This document shows, piece by piece, positions 9,662 through 21,289 of a stretch of 64,000 nt of DNA; the stretch's first letter is position 1; the number at the start of each line of letters is the position of its first letter. The DNA lies in the NCBI GenBank assembly GCA_963674705.1, contig OY771506.1, forward strand, positions 4,224,001-4,288,000, in the 5' to 3' direction. Below the pieces are notes generated by a model, which saw nothing but the letters and a program-made list of their open reading frames with translations, had not been told where the DNA came from and ran no database searches. The DNA comes from Phycisphaeraceae bacterium. GTDB taxonomy: Bacteria; Planctomycetota; Phycisphaerae; Phycisphaerales; Phycisphaeraceae. The position numbers and the translations under genes are program-made.

Positions 9662-10256
9662 TCAGCGGCGATGCCTGGCCCCAGGTATCGCTGAACACAA
9701 AGTCTGCGAAGTCTTTTCGTGACCGGGGCGATTCTGCTTTTTTGCGGTCTTCCTGCGAAAGTGTAGCGGGATCGATCCCGTAACCGATCGCGATCGCGGT
9801 CTGGGGTTCAAACTCATCCGGCAGGTTGTATTCGCTGCGCAGCTTATCCTGATCGATCCCGGCCATCTGGTGTGCGAACAGGTCCATGGCCGTGGCCTGA
9901 GTAATCATATTCTGTACGGCCAGGCCGAGGTCGTGCTGATGCACGCGGTTGGGATTGTCGTTGCGTGTAAAGCTGGTGCGTGTGGCGGTGAGGATTAACA
10001 CGGGAGCATGTTGCGCCCATGCCTGATTCGCTTCGACGAGACAGCTTAATGCCTTGCTGAAAGACGCGGGCTGATCCTTGGTCGCCAGGATAAAACGCCA
10101 TGGCTGTTCGTTGAATGCGGATGCCGCCCAGCGAGCCGCTTCGAGCAGACTCATGATCTTTTCGGGTTCGACTGGTTTGTCGGCAAATGCATAGGGGCTC
10201 CACCGGCGCTTGATCGCATCAAGGATCGGGTATTCGGTAACCGCTGGCTTTTCCAT
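9648..10256 (-). CDS. Nitroreductase family protein
   Basis: RRWSPYAF, ARWAASAFNEQPWRF, HQMAG. Confidence 0.92.
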   Translation of the reverse strand: MEKPAVTEYPILDAIKRRWSPYAFADKPVEPEKIMSLLEAARWAASAFNEQPWRFILATKDQPASFSKALSCLVEANQAWAQHAPVLILTATRTSFTRNDNPNRVHQHDLGLAVQNMITQATAMDLFAHQMAGIDQDKLRSEYNLPDEFEPQTAIAIGYGIDPATLSQEDRKKAESPRSRKDFADFVFSDTWGQASPLITSA

Positions 10257-10379
10257 CGCTCATAGACTCCGTTATTTTTGAGGCTTTATTTGCCTATAGC
10301 GTAGGCAAGCCACATTCTGAAATCTAACAGACCAATCTCTCTCTTACGATAATCCGGCATGGTCACCTATAATCCAGGT

Positions 10380-11993
10380 ATGTCAACATCTTTCGATTAC
10401 CGGATGCCTTACCCATCACGACGGATGCCTGTGTTTGCCGGGCGATGTGTGGCGACGAGTCAGCCGCTGGCGGCGCAGGCGGGGCTGCGGATCATGCAGC
10501 AGGGGGGTAACGCCATCGATGCAGCGATCGCAACCGCGGCGGCTCTGACGGTGGTTGAGCCTACGAGTAATGGTGTTGGTAGCGACAACTTCGCAATGAT
10601 CTGGTCGGGTGGGGGCTTGCATGGCTTGAATGCGTCCGGCCGAAGCGCGAAGCGATTGGATCCTGAGCCTTACCTTGAAGCCGGGAAGATCCCCGCACGC
10701 GGCTGGGATAGCGTCACTGTCCCCGGGGCGGTTTCTGGATGGATGACGGCACATCAGAAGTTCGGGAGATTGCCTTTTATAAAGGTGATCGAGCCGGCGA
10801 TTGAATATGCACGCGATGGATTCCTGGTTTCTCCGATCACCGCTTCGTCGTGGGGCTATGCCGCCCGTTTCTATGACAAGGCGCAGTACGAAAGCTGGCA
10901 TCAGACATTTGCGCCTGGCGGCAAAGCGCCGGGTGCGGGTGAATTGTTCCAATGCAAAGAGCTTGCTGGATCGCTTGAATCGATCGCGGATACAAAGGGT
11001 GATGCGTTCTATCGAGGCGAGTTGGGCGCTAAGCTGATTGAAGCGGCTGAAGCGGGGGGCTCCTCTTTGCGTATGGACGACCTGGAAGCGCATCGGTCGG
11101 AGTGGGTGCGTCCGCTTGTTCTGGATTACCACGGCTACCATGTCCATGAACTGCCGCCGAACGGCCAGGGGATCGCGGCGCTGATCGCGTTGGGGATCTT
11201 GCTGCGTCACGACCTTGCTTTGTTGCCGGTGGACAGTGCTAAGTCATTACATCTTCAGATTGAAGCGATGAAGCTCGCCTTTGCTGATGCGCATAGATAT
11301 GTTGCTGATCCTGCCTTCATGGAATTTGATCCAAATGAACTTCTTAACGAAGCCTACCTGGATGAACGGGCAGCGTTGATTGATCCGGAACGTGCTAATG
11401 ATTTTGCGCATGGCAAGCCTAAACCGGGCGGTACTGTGCTACTCACGACTGCAGATGATGAGGGCAATATGGTCACGTGGATTCAGTCCAATTACATGGG
11501 ATTTGGCTCTGGTATTGTTGTGCCGGGGACTGGTATAGCGCTACAGAATCGTGGGCATTGTTTTTCAACAGAGCGGGGGCATCCGAACCAGGTCGCGGCG
11601 GGTAAGCGGCCGTACCACACGATTATTCCCGGTTTTGTTACGCGCAAGGATGAGCAGGGGCGAGAATCGCCGATCATGGCGTTTGGTGTGATGGGTGGAT
11701 TCATGCAGCCGCAAGGCCACGTGCAAGTGATGGTGAGGCTGGCGGATTACAAGCAGAATCCGCAGGCGGCGCTTGATGCTCCACGCTGGCAGGTGCATAC
11801 CGGGCTGAAGGTATCGATCGAAACCGGCTACGAACCGAGCGCTATCGATGAACTGAAAGCGATGGGACATGATGTCACGATAACGCGATCGTTCGATTCT
11901 TCATTCGGCCGAGGACAGTGTATTTATCGGTTGGATGATGGGTATCTGGCCGCGAGCGATGCGAGGGCGGACGGGCAGGCAGTGGGGTATTAG
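10380..11993 (+). CDS. ggt: Gamma-glutamyltransferase family protein
   Basis: GGNAIDAAIA, TVPGAV, ELPPNGQG, nucleophile GGTV, QSNYMGFGSG, KRPYHTIIP, GGFMQPQG. TATAAT lies 6 nt before ATG 10380. Confidence 0.93.
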   Translation: MSTSFDYRMPYPSRRMPVFAGRCVATSQPLAAQAGLRIMQQGGNAIDAAIATAAALTVVEPTSNGVGSDNFAMIWSGGGLHGLNASGRSAKRLDPEPYLEAGKIPARGWDSVTVPGAVSGWMTAHQKFGRLPFIKVIEPAIEYARDGFLVSPITASSWGYAARFYDKAQYESWHQTFAPGGKAPGAGELFQCKELAGSLESIADTKGDAFYRGELGAKLIEAAEAGGSSLRMDDLEAHRSEWVRPLVLDYHGYHVHELPPNGQGIAALIALGILLRHDLALLPVDSAKSLHLQIEAMKLAFADAHRYVADPAFMEFDPNELLNEAYLDERAALIDPERANDFAHGKPKPGGTVLLTTADDEGNMVTWIQSNYMGFGSGIVVPGTGIALQNRGHCFSTERGHPNQVAAGKRPYHTIIPGFVTRKDEQGRESPIMAFGVMGGFMQPQGHVQVMVRLADYKQNPQAALDAPRWQVHTGLKVSIETGYEPSAIDELKAMGHDVTITRSFDSSFGRGQCIYRLDDGYLAASDARADGQAVGY

Positions 11994-13270
11994 TCGGATG
12001 ATTGGGCTGTTTGCTTTAAGCTGAATCGATTGAGTAGATACCAGTCACAGAGAAGATCGACCTGTTGTTGTTGCATGGCTGGATCGTTTGTGCTTTGCCA
12101 GCGGGGCGCATCTTCAGGCAGGTAGTAATCCAAGACACGCCACCAGCCATAATCTTCCAGCAGGCGTGTAAGATCCTGCGGTGCTTCGCCACGGGGATTC
12201 AATAACACATCCAGCGCACGCAGAATGTCTCTGTGAAGCATGGCGAGAATGATCGTGGTGCGAGGTACGTCGCCTTGAGCAAGCAGGACTTCGGGCTGCA
12301 GATCGGTTGCGGATGCATCTGCATTCATCCAGAGGCCTAGCTTCATCGTGCTTACGACGACCCAGTCGGTTTGCTCCTTGAGTTTTTCCGACAGTAAATC
12401 GAGGTGCTGTCCGCTGATGCCTGCAAGGATCGCCCCGGTTGTTCGTACCTGATCGTTCTTATCAGCCAGCATCGCTTTGATTAGCTGTGAAACCTCGTTT
12501 GCATCCAGGTCGCGGACGGCCAGCACACAACCAACATCGCGCACCGCAACATCGGGTGAACCCAGAAGCGATTGAATCTGAGTCAGGTTGTAATGTAGAT
12601 CAGTTGGTGCACGCCACGCATCGTCCAGCCAGGGGAAGGCTTCGATAGCGGGCAGATGCATTAAACAGGCAAAGATCGTTGCGTGGTAAGCGACCTGTTG
12701 GTTGGGGTCATTCAACAGGCTGACGATCAGCGATTGGTATGGGGCCTTATCCTTGGCAGATTGATAGAGTTCGACTAAGGCACACATTGCGTTGTAACGC
12801 ACATCCGGTTGCTCGTGTTCGGAAAGTGACTGCAATAGATCCAGCAGACGCGGATCATCGGCAAGCCGTTGCAGGTCCGCCAGACGCTGGGCGGCCAGTA
12901 TCGGCGCCTCGACGCCGGGTTCCTTCGCAAGTAAGTCTATCCAACGTAACCAGGGATCAGCAGGGATTGATGACTCGTCCCAACAGCCTGCCGCCTGCAA
13001 GGCATCCACGATCTGTAGAAAGTTTTTATCATCCTCGACGGATAAGGTATTGATGACATCGCGTCTGAGGTCTTTATCTTCAGGCAGATGTGCAACTGCG
13101 TAACTGAGGCTGCGCTGGCGTTTGGTTAAATCGTTCGACGTAAGCCTGTGGATCATGACCTGCTGATAGACCCAAGGCGACATCACATACGCCACCGGCA
13201 CACACAGCGCAAGTGTCAGGGACAGGCTGATCAGAGCAGCGGGCCAACGTTTATGTCGTGTTTGTGTCAC
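11990..13270 (-). CDS. Membrane-anchored HEAT-repeat-like protein
   Basis: N-terminal TM segment; helical repeats such as PDVRYNA, PDVAVRD, DQVRTTGA. Confidence 0.6.
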   Translation of the reverse strand: MTQTRHKRWPAALISLSLTLALCVPVAYVMSPWVYQQVMIHRLTSNDLTKRQRSLSYAVAHLPEDKDLRRDVINTLSVEDDKNFLQIVDALQAAGCWDESSIPADPWLRWIDLLAKEPGVEAPILAAQRLADLQRLADDPRLLDLLQSLSEHEQPDVRYNAMCALVELYQSAKDKAPYQSLIVSLLNDPNQQVAYHATIFACLMHLPAIEAFPWLDDAWRAPTDLHYNLTQIQSLLGSPDVAVRDVGCVLAVRDLDANEVSQLIKAMLADKNDQVRTTGAILAGISGQHLDLLSEKLKEQTDWVVVSTMKLGLWMNADASATDLQPEVLLAQGDVPRTTIILAMLHRDILRALDVLLNPRGEAPQDLTRLLEDYGWWRVLDYYLPEDAPRWQSTNDPAMQQQQVDLLCDWYLLNRFSLKQTAQSSD

Positions 13271-13314
13271 AACCCACAGCGTAACGCAGATAACTGGTTA
13301 GCCACAACTAAACA

Positions 13315-15333
13315 CTAACATGGCTTGCCGGACCACAGCCAGTCGATCTGAGCCTGCGTCAGTTCGATATCAAGAGCGGGCATGCAAGTAGCGGTTTCGT
13401 GCACGCTGCGTGGGCCGATCAATGCAAAGCTCGGGAACGGTTGACACAGCACATACGCCGCCGCGATGTTGATCGGGCTGACGCCCAGTTCTTCAGCCAG
13501 TTGCTCAGCACGCGCCCGGCGGGCCTCATTTTCAGGTGAATCCCAGCTTTTGAAGTTGTCCTGACCGAGACGCATCCGCAGGTGCGGCGGCAGGAAGTAG
13601 CCACGGGCCTGGCTGGACCATGCCAGGTGCGGCATGTTGTGTTCTGCCAGCCATCGGCGAGATTCGGTATCGGACAGGTGCACGCATCCGCCCCACACCG
13701 GCTTGACCATTTCGGCCAGCGACAGGTTATTATTGACGACGCCGAAGCCCTGCTTGCCATTGGCCTTGGCGTATTCGTTTGCCTCAGCGATGCGCTTAAG
13801 CGACCAGTTACTGCCGCCGAACACCTGGATACGGCCGGCCTTGACGTGTTCATTGAGCATATCGACAAATTCGCCGACCGGCACATCGGTATTGTCGCGG
13901 TGGAGGATGTAGAGTTCGACGTGGTCGGTCCGCATGCGCTGCTGCGATTCGATCACTTGCTTGCTGACCGCGTCGGGCGTGCAGTAGGGCGGGTGTCCAC
14001 CTTTGCTGAGGATCACGACCTGGTCGCGCACGCCGCGTGCTTCGATCCACTGGCCTAGGAAACGTTCCTGCTTGCCGCCGTAGTAAAGGTGTGCGGTGTC
14101 GAAGGCATTGCCGCCGCGCTCGAACCAGTCGTCGAAGAGAACGGCACAGTGTGCGTAGGTTTCCTGGTTATCACAACCCATCAGCATCAGGCTGATGTCT
14201 TTGTCGATCCCGTCGATCCGGCCGTAACGCATGTTGTGATCTGCCCGGCGCTGCAGGGGTTCGCCGGCGATAGTGTTGATGCCCTGGGCCTCTGGTGTTT
14301 CGTCGACAAACTGCACGCCGATCGCCTGACGCCAGCGGTCCAGGGTCGCGAGGTTGCCCAAGGTATCGTCCCATGTCATAGCAGGGGAGCCAGGCTCCTG
14401 TTGCCCGGCGGCTATCGCTTCAGCAACCACATCTGCCTCGTACGAGAAGCTCGTACGGTTGATCGGTATCTCGACTTTTTCGACTCCACTGTTCTTGTAT
14501 ACCTCGATCACACCGTCGTGTGCATCGGTTCGCTGATGTGCCCACGGATCGGGAAGCACAATGCGTCCTTCGCTGCCATGGATCACGACCCGGTTATCGA
14601 GGTTGGCTTGAATACCGGTCGCCACCTGGGCGAGTATGCCATTGTCGAACTTCAGGACCGCGGCGGTGTAGGCATCGACGCCTGTTTCTGCTAACTCACC
14701 AACCGCGCTGACCGCCACCGGATCGCGGAAAGGCTTATCGTCGACAACCCCGGCGATCAGCCTCGCCATCGAAACGGGATAGCAACCGACATCCATGATC
14801 CCGCCGCCGGCGAGTTTATTACTGAATAACCGGCTATCGGGATTAAAACCCGCGGCGAATCCGAACGAAGCCTGAATGAATTTAACGTCGCCGATCGCGC
14901 GGTCTCGTAGTAACTGTAGAAGCTTCGCTGTCTGAGGATTGCACCGGTACATGAAGGCTTCCATGAGGAAGACACCGTTCTCACGGGCAGCCTCGATCAT
15001 AGCCATCGCCTGCGCGGCGTTGAGTGCCAGCGGCTTCTCGCACAGGATGTGCTTGCCCGCTTTCGCGGCTCGGATCGCCCAGCGCGGGTGCATCGGGTGA
15101 GGCGTGGCAATGTAAACCGCATCCACCTCGTCATCAGTCAACAGCGCATCGTAGTCACCGTAAGCGGTCGCAATCCCGAATGGAGCAGCGAACTGTTTTG
15201 CTTTTTCGAGCGATCGGCTGGCGACGGCAGTCACCCGGCCGGACTTGCCCATCTGCACGCCTCGAACAAACGCATCGGCGATCGCACCGGCACCGAGGAT
15301 GCCCCATCTGAGTTTATGGTTGTTGTCTGACAC
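13315..15333 (-). CDS. Gfo/Idh/MocA oxidoreductase fused to an aldo/keto reductase
   Basis: N-half WGILGAGAIA, YIATPH, CEKP, GGGIMDVGCY. C-half FDTAHLY, SKGG, LHRD, GGSNW. Confidence 0.9.
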   Translation of the reverse strand: MSDNNHKLRWGILGAGAIADAFVRGVQMGKSGRVTAVASRSLEKAKQFAAPFGIATAYGDYDALLTDDEVDAVYIATPHPMHPRWAIRAAKAGKHILCEKPLALNAAQAMAMIEAARENGVFLMEAFMYRCNPQTAKLLQLLRDRAIGDVKFIQASFGFAAGFNPDSRLFSNKLAGGGIMDVGCYPVSMARLIAGVVDDKPFRDPVAVSAVGELAETGVDAYTAAVLKFDNGILAQVATGIQANLDNRVVIHGSEGRIVLPDPWAHQRTDAHDGVIEVYKNSGVEKVEIPINRTSFSYEADVVAEAIAAGQQEPGSPAMTWDDTLGNLATLDRWRQAIGVQFVDETPEAQGINTIAGEPLQRRADHNMRYGRIDGIDKDISLMLMGCDNQETYAHCAVLFDDWFERGGNAFDTAHLYYGGKQERFLGQWIEARGVRDQVVILSKGGHPPYCTPDAVSKQVIESQQRMRTDHVELYILHRDNTDVPVGEFVDMLNEHVKAGRIQVFGGSNWSLKRIAEANEYAKANGKQGFGVVNNNLSLAEMVKPVWGGCVHLSDTESRRWLAEHNMPHLAWSSQARGYFLPPHLRMRLGQDNFKSWDSPENEARRARAEQLAEELGVSPINIAAAYVLCQPFPSFALIGPRSVHETATCMPALDIELTQAQIDWLWSGKPC

Positions 15334-15448
15334 GTTGACAATCCTTATGAACTGATATTTACGGCTTGGCGGATTAACTTGCGCCGCGAGTAGGGTAGCG
15401 AGTTAACCTGACGCGTAAAGGGGGGTAAGTGATGTAACTGACCATTAC

Positions 15449-15480
15449 AAAAAAAAAGCCCACGCGGAGTGCGTGGGCTT
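15449..15480 (-). terminator. Intrinsic terminator after eno
   Basis: 10-bp stem AAGCCCACGC/GCGTGGGCTT with a 9-T tract on the minus strand. Confidence 0.9.
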
Positions 15481-15511
15481 GTGAGTCGTTAGATGTAATC
15501 AAGCCTCCGGT

Positions 15512-17050
<1,539 letters not shown>

Positions 17051-17326
17051 TTAACATTTGTTTGCAGGCCAAGTCTATTATTGGATTTACTTTAAGTTTT
17101 TCCGATATAAGGTGCTTCACTTCGATATAGAATGTTAGAAAAATTCACAATTCACCGCGATGTCGACTTGACAAGCGGCTCAAACTAGCCAAAACTAGAT
17201 ACATAAATCAGCCCCCGGAAGCGCTCCGGCAGGCCTTGTGCCAGCCGGGGCGTTTTTTATTTCGCCTATGCCAGGCCCGCAAGCCCAGGTGTCAGCCGGG
17301 CATTTGTCAGCCATGTAGATGCAAAG

Positions 17327-17350
17327 AAAAAGGGCTCCGCGGCGGAGCCC
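17327..17350 (-). terminator. Intrinsic terminator after the tRNA
   Basis: GGGCTCCGC/GCGGAGCCC stem followed by a T tract on the minus strand. Confidence 0.8.
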
Positions 17351-17354
17351 GTGA

Positions 17355-17428
17355 CGCCCTCGATAGGATTCGAACCTATGACCTATGCTTTAGGAAAGCA
17401 TTGCTCTATCCAGCTGAGCTACGAGGGC
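17355..17428 (-). tRNA. tRNA-Arg(CCT); CCA not encoded
   Basis: Reverse complement GCCCTCGTAGCTCAGCTGGATAGAGCAATGCTTTCCTAAAGCATAGGTCATAGGTTCGAATCCTATCGAGGGCG folds as a cloverleaf with anticodon loop TTCCTAA. Confidence 0.97.
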
Positions 17429-17529
17429 ATGGCTGGCTGTAGATCAGGATCATACACTTGCGACGATCAAGACAGGATACCAGAGCGGGATTGACCGGGG
17501 AAGTCTACACACGACCTGGACAGACACGA

Positions 17530-17952
17530 TCAGTAAGGTCGGTTCAATTCGACTGCGGCTAATTCCCACGCTCCGTTTTGGAGTTCAAATGCCATTGTCT
17601 GGCTTGCCCGATAGTCACCGTCTCTGGCTGTGACGGTCACTGTACGGCGAGATTGGTCACTTATCGAAAAGTCGATCTTGACTGATGCTTCTTCCATGTC
17701 TGCCGGCAACTCGAGTGTCTGGCTCCAGGCGCCGGCCGGGTTGTCCATGATGGATTCACGTGCAGCGACACCACCGGCAAGAAGTAGCTGTCTTAGCTGG
17801 ACCTCGGTATTAACTCGCTGACTCCTGCGTGAGTCCACCTGAACAAGAACAGTCATGGCAAGCAGAGCCGACCCCACCAGGGAAATCATAACGACCGCAA
17901 CCAACGTCGCGAAAGCTCGATCTCGGTATGCCCGGGCATCAGAAGCTTTCAT
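17530..17952 (-). CDS. GspK/PilX-like minor pseudopilin
   Basis: Basic leader RDRA followed by hydrophobic FATLVAVVMI; ATGA-coupled to the upstream gene. Confidence 0.6.
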   Translation of the reverse strand: MKASDARAYRDRAFATLVAVVMISLVGSALLAMTVLVQVDSRRSQRVNTEVQLRQLLLAGGVAARESIMDNPAGAWSQTLELPADMEEASVKIDFSISDQSRRTVTVTARDGDYRASQTMAFELQNGAWELAAVELNRPY

Positions 17953-18437
17953 GAGCCTTGCCCTTTCATGATGTGCATCGCGCTGCAAAGACGCACAGAC
18001 TGTTCGCCGCAGATCAGGTATAGATCGTTGTCTTTGGCTTCAAACGCCAGATCATCGGGTGCATACAATGGATCTTCCTCAATCACTTCACCCCGTTGAA
18101 TCGATAAGCGATAGATCAAGTTGGCCGGCTCTTGCTCATCCGCTGATTGTCGCAACTCCCAACGGACCGTGCTTCCATCCGGCATATCCAGAACGACTTG
18201 ATCCGGTTTGTCTGAAGTGACCTCCGCTGAGCCCCAGACATCTAAACGGATCAGCCGAACCACGCTGTCAGACCATACGATATCCTGCTCCGACTTGATG
18301 GCGTCACGTTGTATCACAGTGCATGACATGAACAACTCGTTCGCAATCCCCAGAGCCATCGCCAGTAGGACCAATACCAGAGCGAGCTCCATCAATGAGG
18401 TGCCGCGAGATCGATATGGATACTTCATCTGACTCAT
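17949..18437 (-). CDS. Prepilin-type (GspJ-like) pseudopilin
   Basis: RSRG|TSLMEL class III signal with Glu at +5. Confidence 0.7.
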   Translation of the reverse strand: MSQMKYPYRSRGTSLMELALVLVLLAMALGIANELFMSCTVIQRDAIKSEQDIVWSDSVVRLIRLDVWGSAEVTSDKPDQVVLDMPDGSTVRWELRQSADEQEPANLIYRLSIQRGEVIEEDPLYAPDDLAFEAKDNDLYLICGEQSVRLCSAMHIMKGQGS

Positions 18438-18441
18438 GACA

Positions 18442-18810
18442 TCATTCCAGATCACTTAACGCCTGTAGAGGTACCGCACCGGTCAGTGACGACTGCTGTT
18501 TTTCAAACTTCGCATTGATCTCTACCCATACCCATTGCTCACAAGGCCCCGGGGTATCCAACTTCTCAATGGTATACGTGGGTTCGGTGTCTTGCTCCCA
18601 TGGCGTCACATCGGGTTCAACGCCTTGCTGAAGATCTGTGAGGACACTTTCTGTCAGCCGGTTGAGCCGACGCTGTGTTTCCATCCGTGATAACGCGTGC
18701 CGATGGTGCGCCATCGCGGATGCAAGCACACCCAGCAGCACACCCAGGATGGATAGAGCGACGATGGCATCCATCAGCAACAAGCCTGAGTATCGTCGGT
18801 AGTTGCTCAT
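18442..18810 (-). CDS. Prepilin-type (GspI-like) pseudopilin
   Basis: RRYSG|LLLMDAIVALSIL class III-like signal with Asp at +5. Confidence 0.65.
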   Translation of the reverse strand: MSNYRRYSGLLLMDAIVALSILGVLLGVLASAMAHHRHALSRMETQRRLNRLTESVLTDLQQGVEPDVTPWEQDTEPTYTIEKLDTPGPCEQWVWVEINAKFEKQQSSLTGAVPLQALSDLE

Positions 18811-20051
18811 CAGAACGTCCCTACCTTCAGCGTTGCATCTTCGATCAATACGACCAACGGCAGCATCATGCTGTAGGCCACCCAGCCGATGACCAGCGAC
18901 ATCATGATCACTGTTGCTGGAAGCACAGCAGACTTGATCAATAACGCGGCCCGGCTGAAGCGGTTGGTGTAATAACGACAGAGAAAGTCAAAGACGCGGG
19001 CCGGGTCGGAAACCGCCTGGCCGGTGGCGAGCATGCCGACCATGAGCCTGGGCAATCTTGCATCATCCGCGGCTTCACGCGGTGATCTGCCGGTCTTTAA
19101 TGCATCTGCAAACGTTTGAAGTCGTTGCTTAAGGACCACGTTGGTTTTTAACTCACCGGCCACAAAAGCCGCGTTCTCCAGGGTATCGCCCGCCTTCAGG
19201 GCTTCAGATATCAAGCTACACGCATCAGCCAGACCACGATCACGGACGACTGACCTGGCCACGGGGGTTACCCAGATCATTCGATCCGTGATCCAACTGA
19301 AGTGGCGGCGCGAGCCTTCGAAACCGTGCAATGCTTGCTGAAGGGCCCACCCGGCGGTCATCATGATTAGAATCACCATGAAGTAACACAACGGCCAACT
19401 GTAGTTACCCATCAGATGAAAAGTCCACGCCGTCTGCCAAGGCATGGCGACATCAAAGTCTTCAAAGATCTCCTGAAATATCGGTATGATGAAAACACCG
19501 AGAAAGGCCAGGCATAAGGAGAGGAACAGGATCAGCACGATACCGTACTTCCAGCTCAGCATCGGGCCATAGTTGTTGGCTTCATTGACTTTGTGTTCTT
19601 CATTGAGCGCTCGATCCAGGGCCGAGGGTAGTCTGCCGATACGTTCGCCTGTGGTGATGAGGTCGACCCAGCGTGCCGGCACCTCGGGCACATGCAACTG
19701 CAAGGCTTCACCGACCGACAGCCCTTCTTCAAGCGCGTCACACATATGCCCGAGTCGACGGCTCAAAACACCTTTCTCACTGGCCTGAGCAGCGGCCAAC
19801 ATCGGAGGGATCGGCAGGTTCAGACTCACCGCCTGCTTTACATAATTCAGCACCATGGTTCCACGATTACGGCGTGCTCGCTTAGCAGCCTGAGCAAACA
19901 TCAACATCAGGAATAAAGCCCCAACAGGGCCTAGCAACCACCCGAAGTAGGGGAAAAAACTAAACGGCCCAGCGACAACCAACATCGCGATTGTTCCGGC
20001 TACCATCCAGAACACCACCGCCAAGCCGTTTTGTAATAAACGCAAAGCCAT
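18810..20051 (-). CDS. GspF/PilC family platform protein (divergent)
   Basis: LEEGLSVGEAL, TGERIGRLPSAL, IIPIFQEIFEDFDVAMP, MMLPL. Confidence 0.85.
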   Translation of the reverse strand: MALRLLQNGLAVVFWMVAGTIAMLVVAGPFSFFPYFGWLLGPVGALFLMLMFAQAAKRARRNRGTMVLNYVKQAVSLNLPIPPMLAAAQASEKGVLSRRLGHMCDALEEGLSVGEALQLHVPEVPARWVDLITTGERIGRLPSALDRALNEEHKVNEANNYGPMLSWKYGIVLILFLSLCLAFLGVFIIPIFQEIFEDFDVAMPWQTAWTFHLMGNYSWPLCYFMVILIMMTAGWALQQALHGFEGSRRHFSWITDRMIWVTPVARSVVRDRGLADACSLISEALKAGDTLENAAFVAGELKTNVVLKQRLQTFADALKTGRSPREAADDARLPRLMVGMLATGQAVSDPARVFDFLCRYYTNRFSRAALLIKSAVLPATVIMMSLVIGWVAYSMMLPLVVLIEDATLKVGTF

Positions 20052-20068
20052 TGATTACCTCCCGGCGA

Positions 20069-21289
20069 CTACATCACCGCCTGCATCAACTTCACCAGGG
20101 GCAGGAACATCGCCGCGATCATGGTGCCGATCAGGACCGCCAGCAGGATCAGGAAGAACGGCGTGAGGATAGTTTGCAGTGTTCCCAGGCGTAACTCGGC
20201 TTGCTGTTGATACATTTGGGAAATGTTCTCAAGCAAGGTGGGCAGGTCATGTTTGTTTGATGCAAGATGGATCGCGGCGGGGACAGCTTCAGGGGCCACG
20301 ATCAGCCTGGGGTGCTCATCAAGCGGACGACCGGACTCGATCGTTTGGCTGAGCACCTGGCCGTCGCGCCTTAACAGGGGAGACGCCACCGCATCCCCGG
20401 CCAGTTCGAGTGATGCCGGCAGGTCCATGCCTGCCTGCACGCCTACTTTCAAAGCATCTGTCCAACGGGCGACCAGGTTACGCCGAATTACAGCACCTAT
20501 GACGGGGATCGGCATGATCAGGTAATCGACGATGGCCTGGCTCTTGCCGGCAGCGCGGAGTATGGACCAAAGCAGTATCACAACAATGATGAAAGCCAGG
20601 ATTGCCAGGGCGATGTTCGGCATCCAGCCGCCCAACTTCAGCACACATGAAGTTAGAAAGGGTAATTCTGTGTCGAAGTCTTCATAGATTGATGCAAACT
20701 GTGGCAGGATGTAGACGCCTAGAAAAACGAATACCAGTGCTGCGCCACACAGGACCATGAGCGGGTAACTGGCGGCACGCCAGAGCGTACCACGCAGGCG
20801 CTGCATCAGTTCCAGATGGCGGCCGAGGTTGAAAAGCACGGCCGGTAATTGATTCGAACGTACGCCCGCATCAATCAGCCGACCGTACAGGGGGGGGAAT
20901 AAGCGTCGATGTTTCTCGAAAGCTTCCGGCAGGTCCGCACCCGCTTCCAGTTCAGAAGCGACACGACTGATGGATTCAGCCAGCCGTCCACTGCGCATGT
21001 CACGTGCGATCAAACGCAATCCAACTTCAACGGGCAGGCCTGCGGCAGTCAACTGGGCGAGTTGCTGATTAAATGCAACGAACTCGCCACCACGCAGGGG
21101 CGATGCGCCTTTCACCTTATCCGTCTGCTCGATCTCAAGCACACGCAGGTTCATGTCTGAAAGGGCGTCACGGGCTTCTTCGGCACTGGCCGCTTCGATC
21201 ACGCCGGTGAGCGTTCGGCCCTGGGTCGTCTGAGCCTCATAGGCAAAACGGCAAAGTCCTTGAGGGATATCTTGCATTGCGGACCTCAA
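20069..21289 (-). CDS. GspF/PilC family platform protein
   Basis: QQLAQLTAAGLP, FPPLY, YPLMV, ILPQFASIYEDFDTELP, AMFLPL. Confidence 0.92.
   Translation of the reverse strand: MRSAMQDIPQGLCRFAYEAQTTQGRTLTGVIEAASAEEARDALSDMNLRVLEIEQTDKVKGASPLRGGEFVAFNQQLAQLTAAGLPVEVGLRLIARDMRSGRLAESISRVASELEAGADLPEAFEKHRRLFPPLYGRLIDAGVRSNQLPAVLFNLGRHLELMQRLRGTLWRAASYPLMVLCGAALVFVFLGVYILPQFASIYEDFDTELPFLTSCVLKLGGWMPNIALAILAFIIVVILLWSILRAAGKSQAIVDYLIMPIPVIGAVIRRNLVARWTDALKVGVQAGMDLPASLELAGDAVASPLLRRDGQVLSQTIESGRPLDEHPRLIVAPEAVPAAIHLASNKHDLPTLLENISQMYQQQAELRLGTLQTILTPFFLILLAVLIGTMIAAMFLPLVKLMQAVM

Noticed and set aside
17355..17428. tRNA-Arg as an integration site for an island
   Set aside because: No duplicated tRNA 3' end or integrase was seen nearby.
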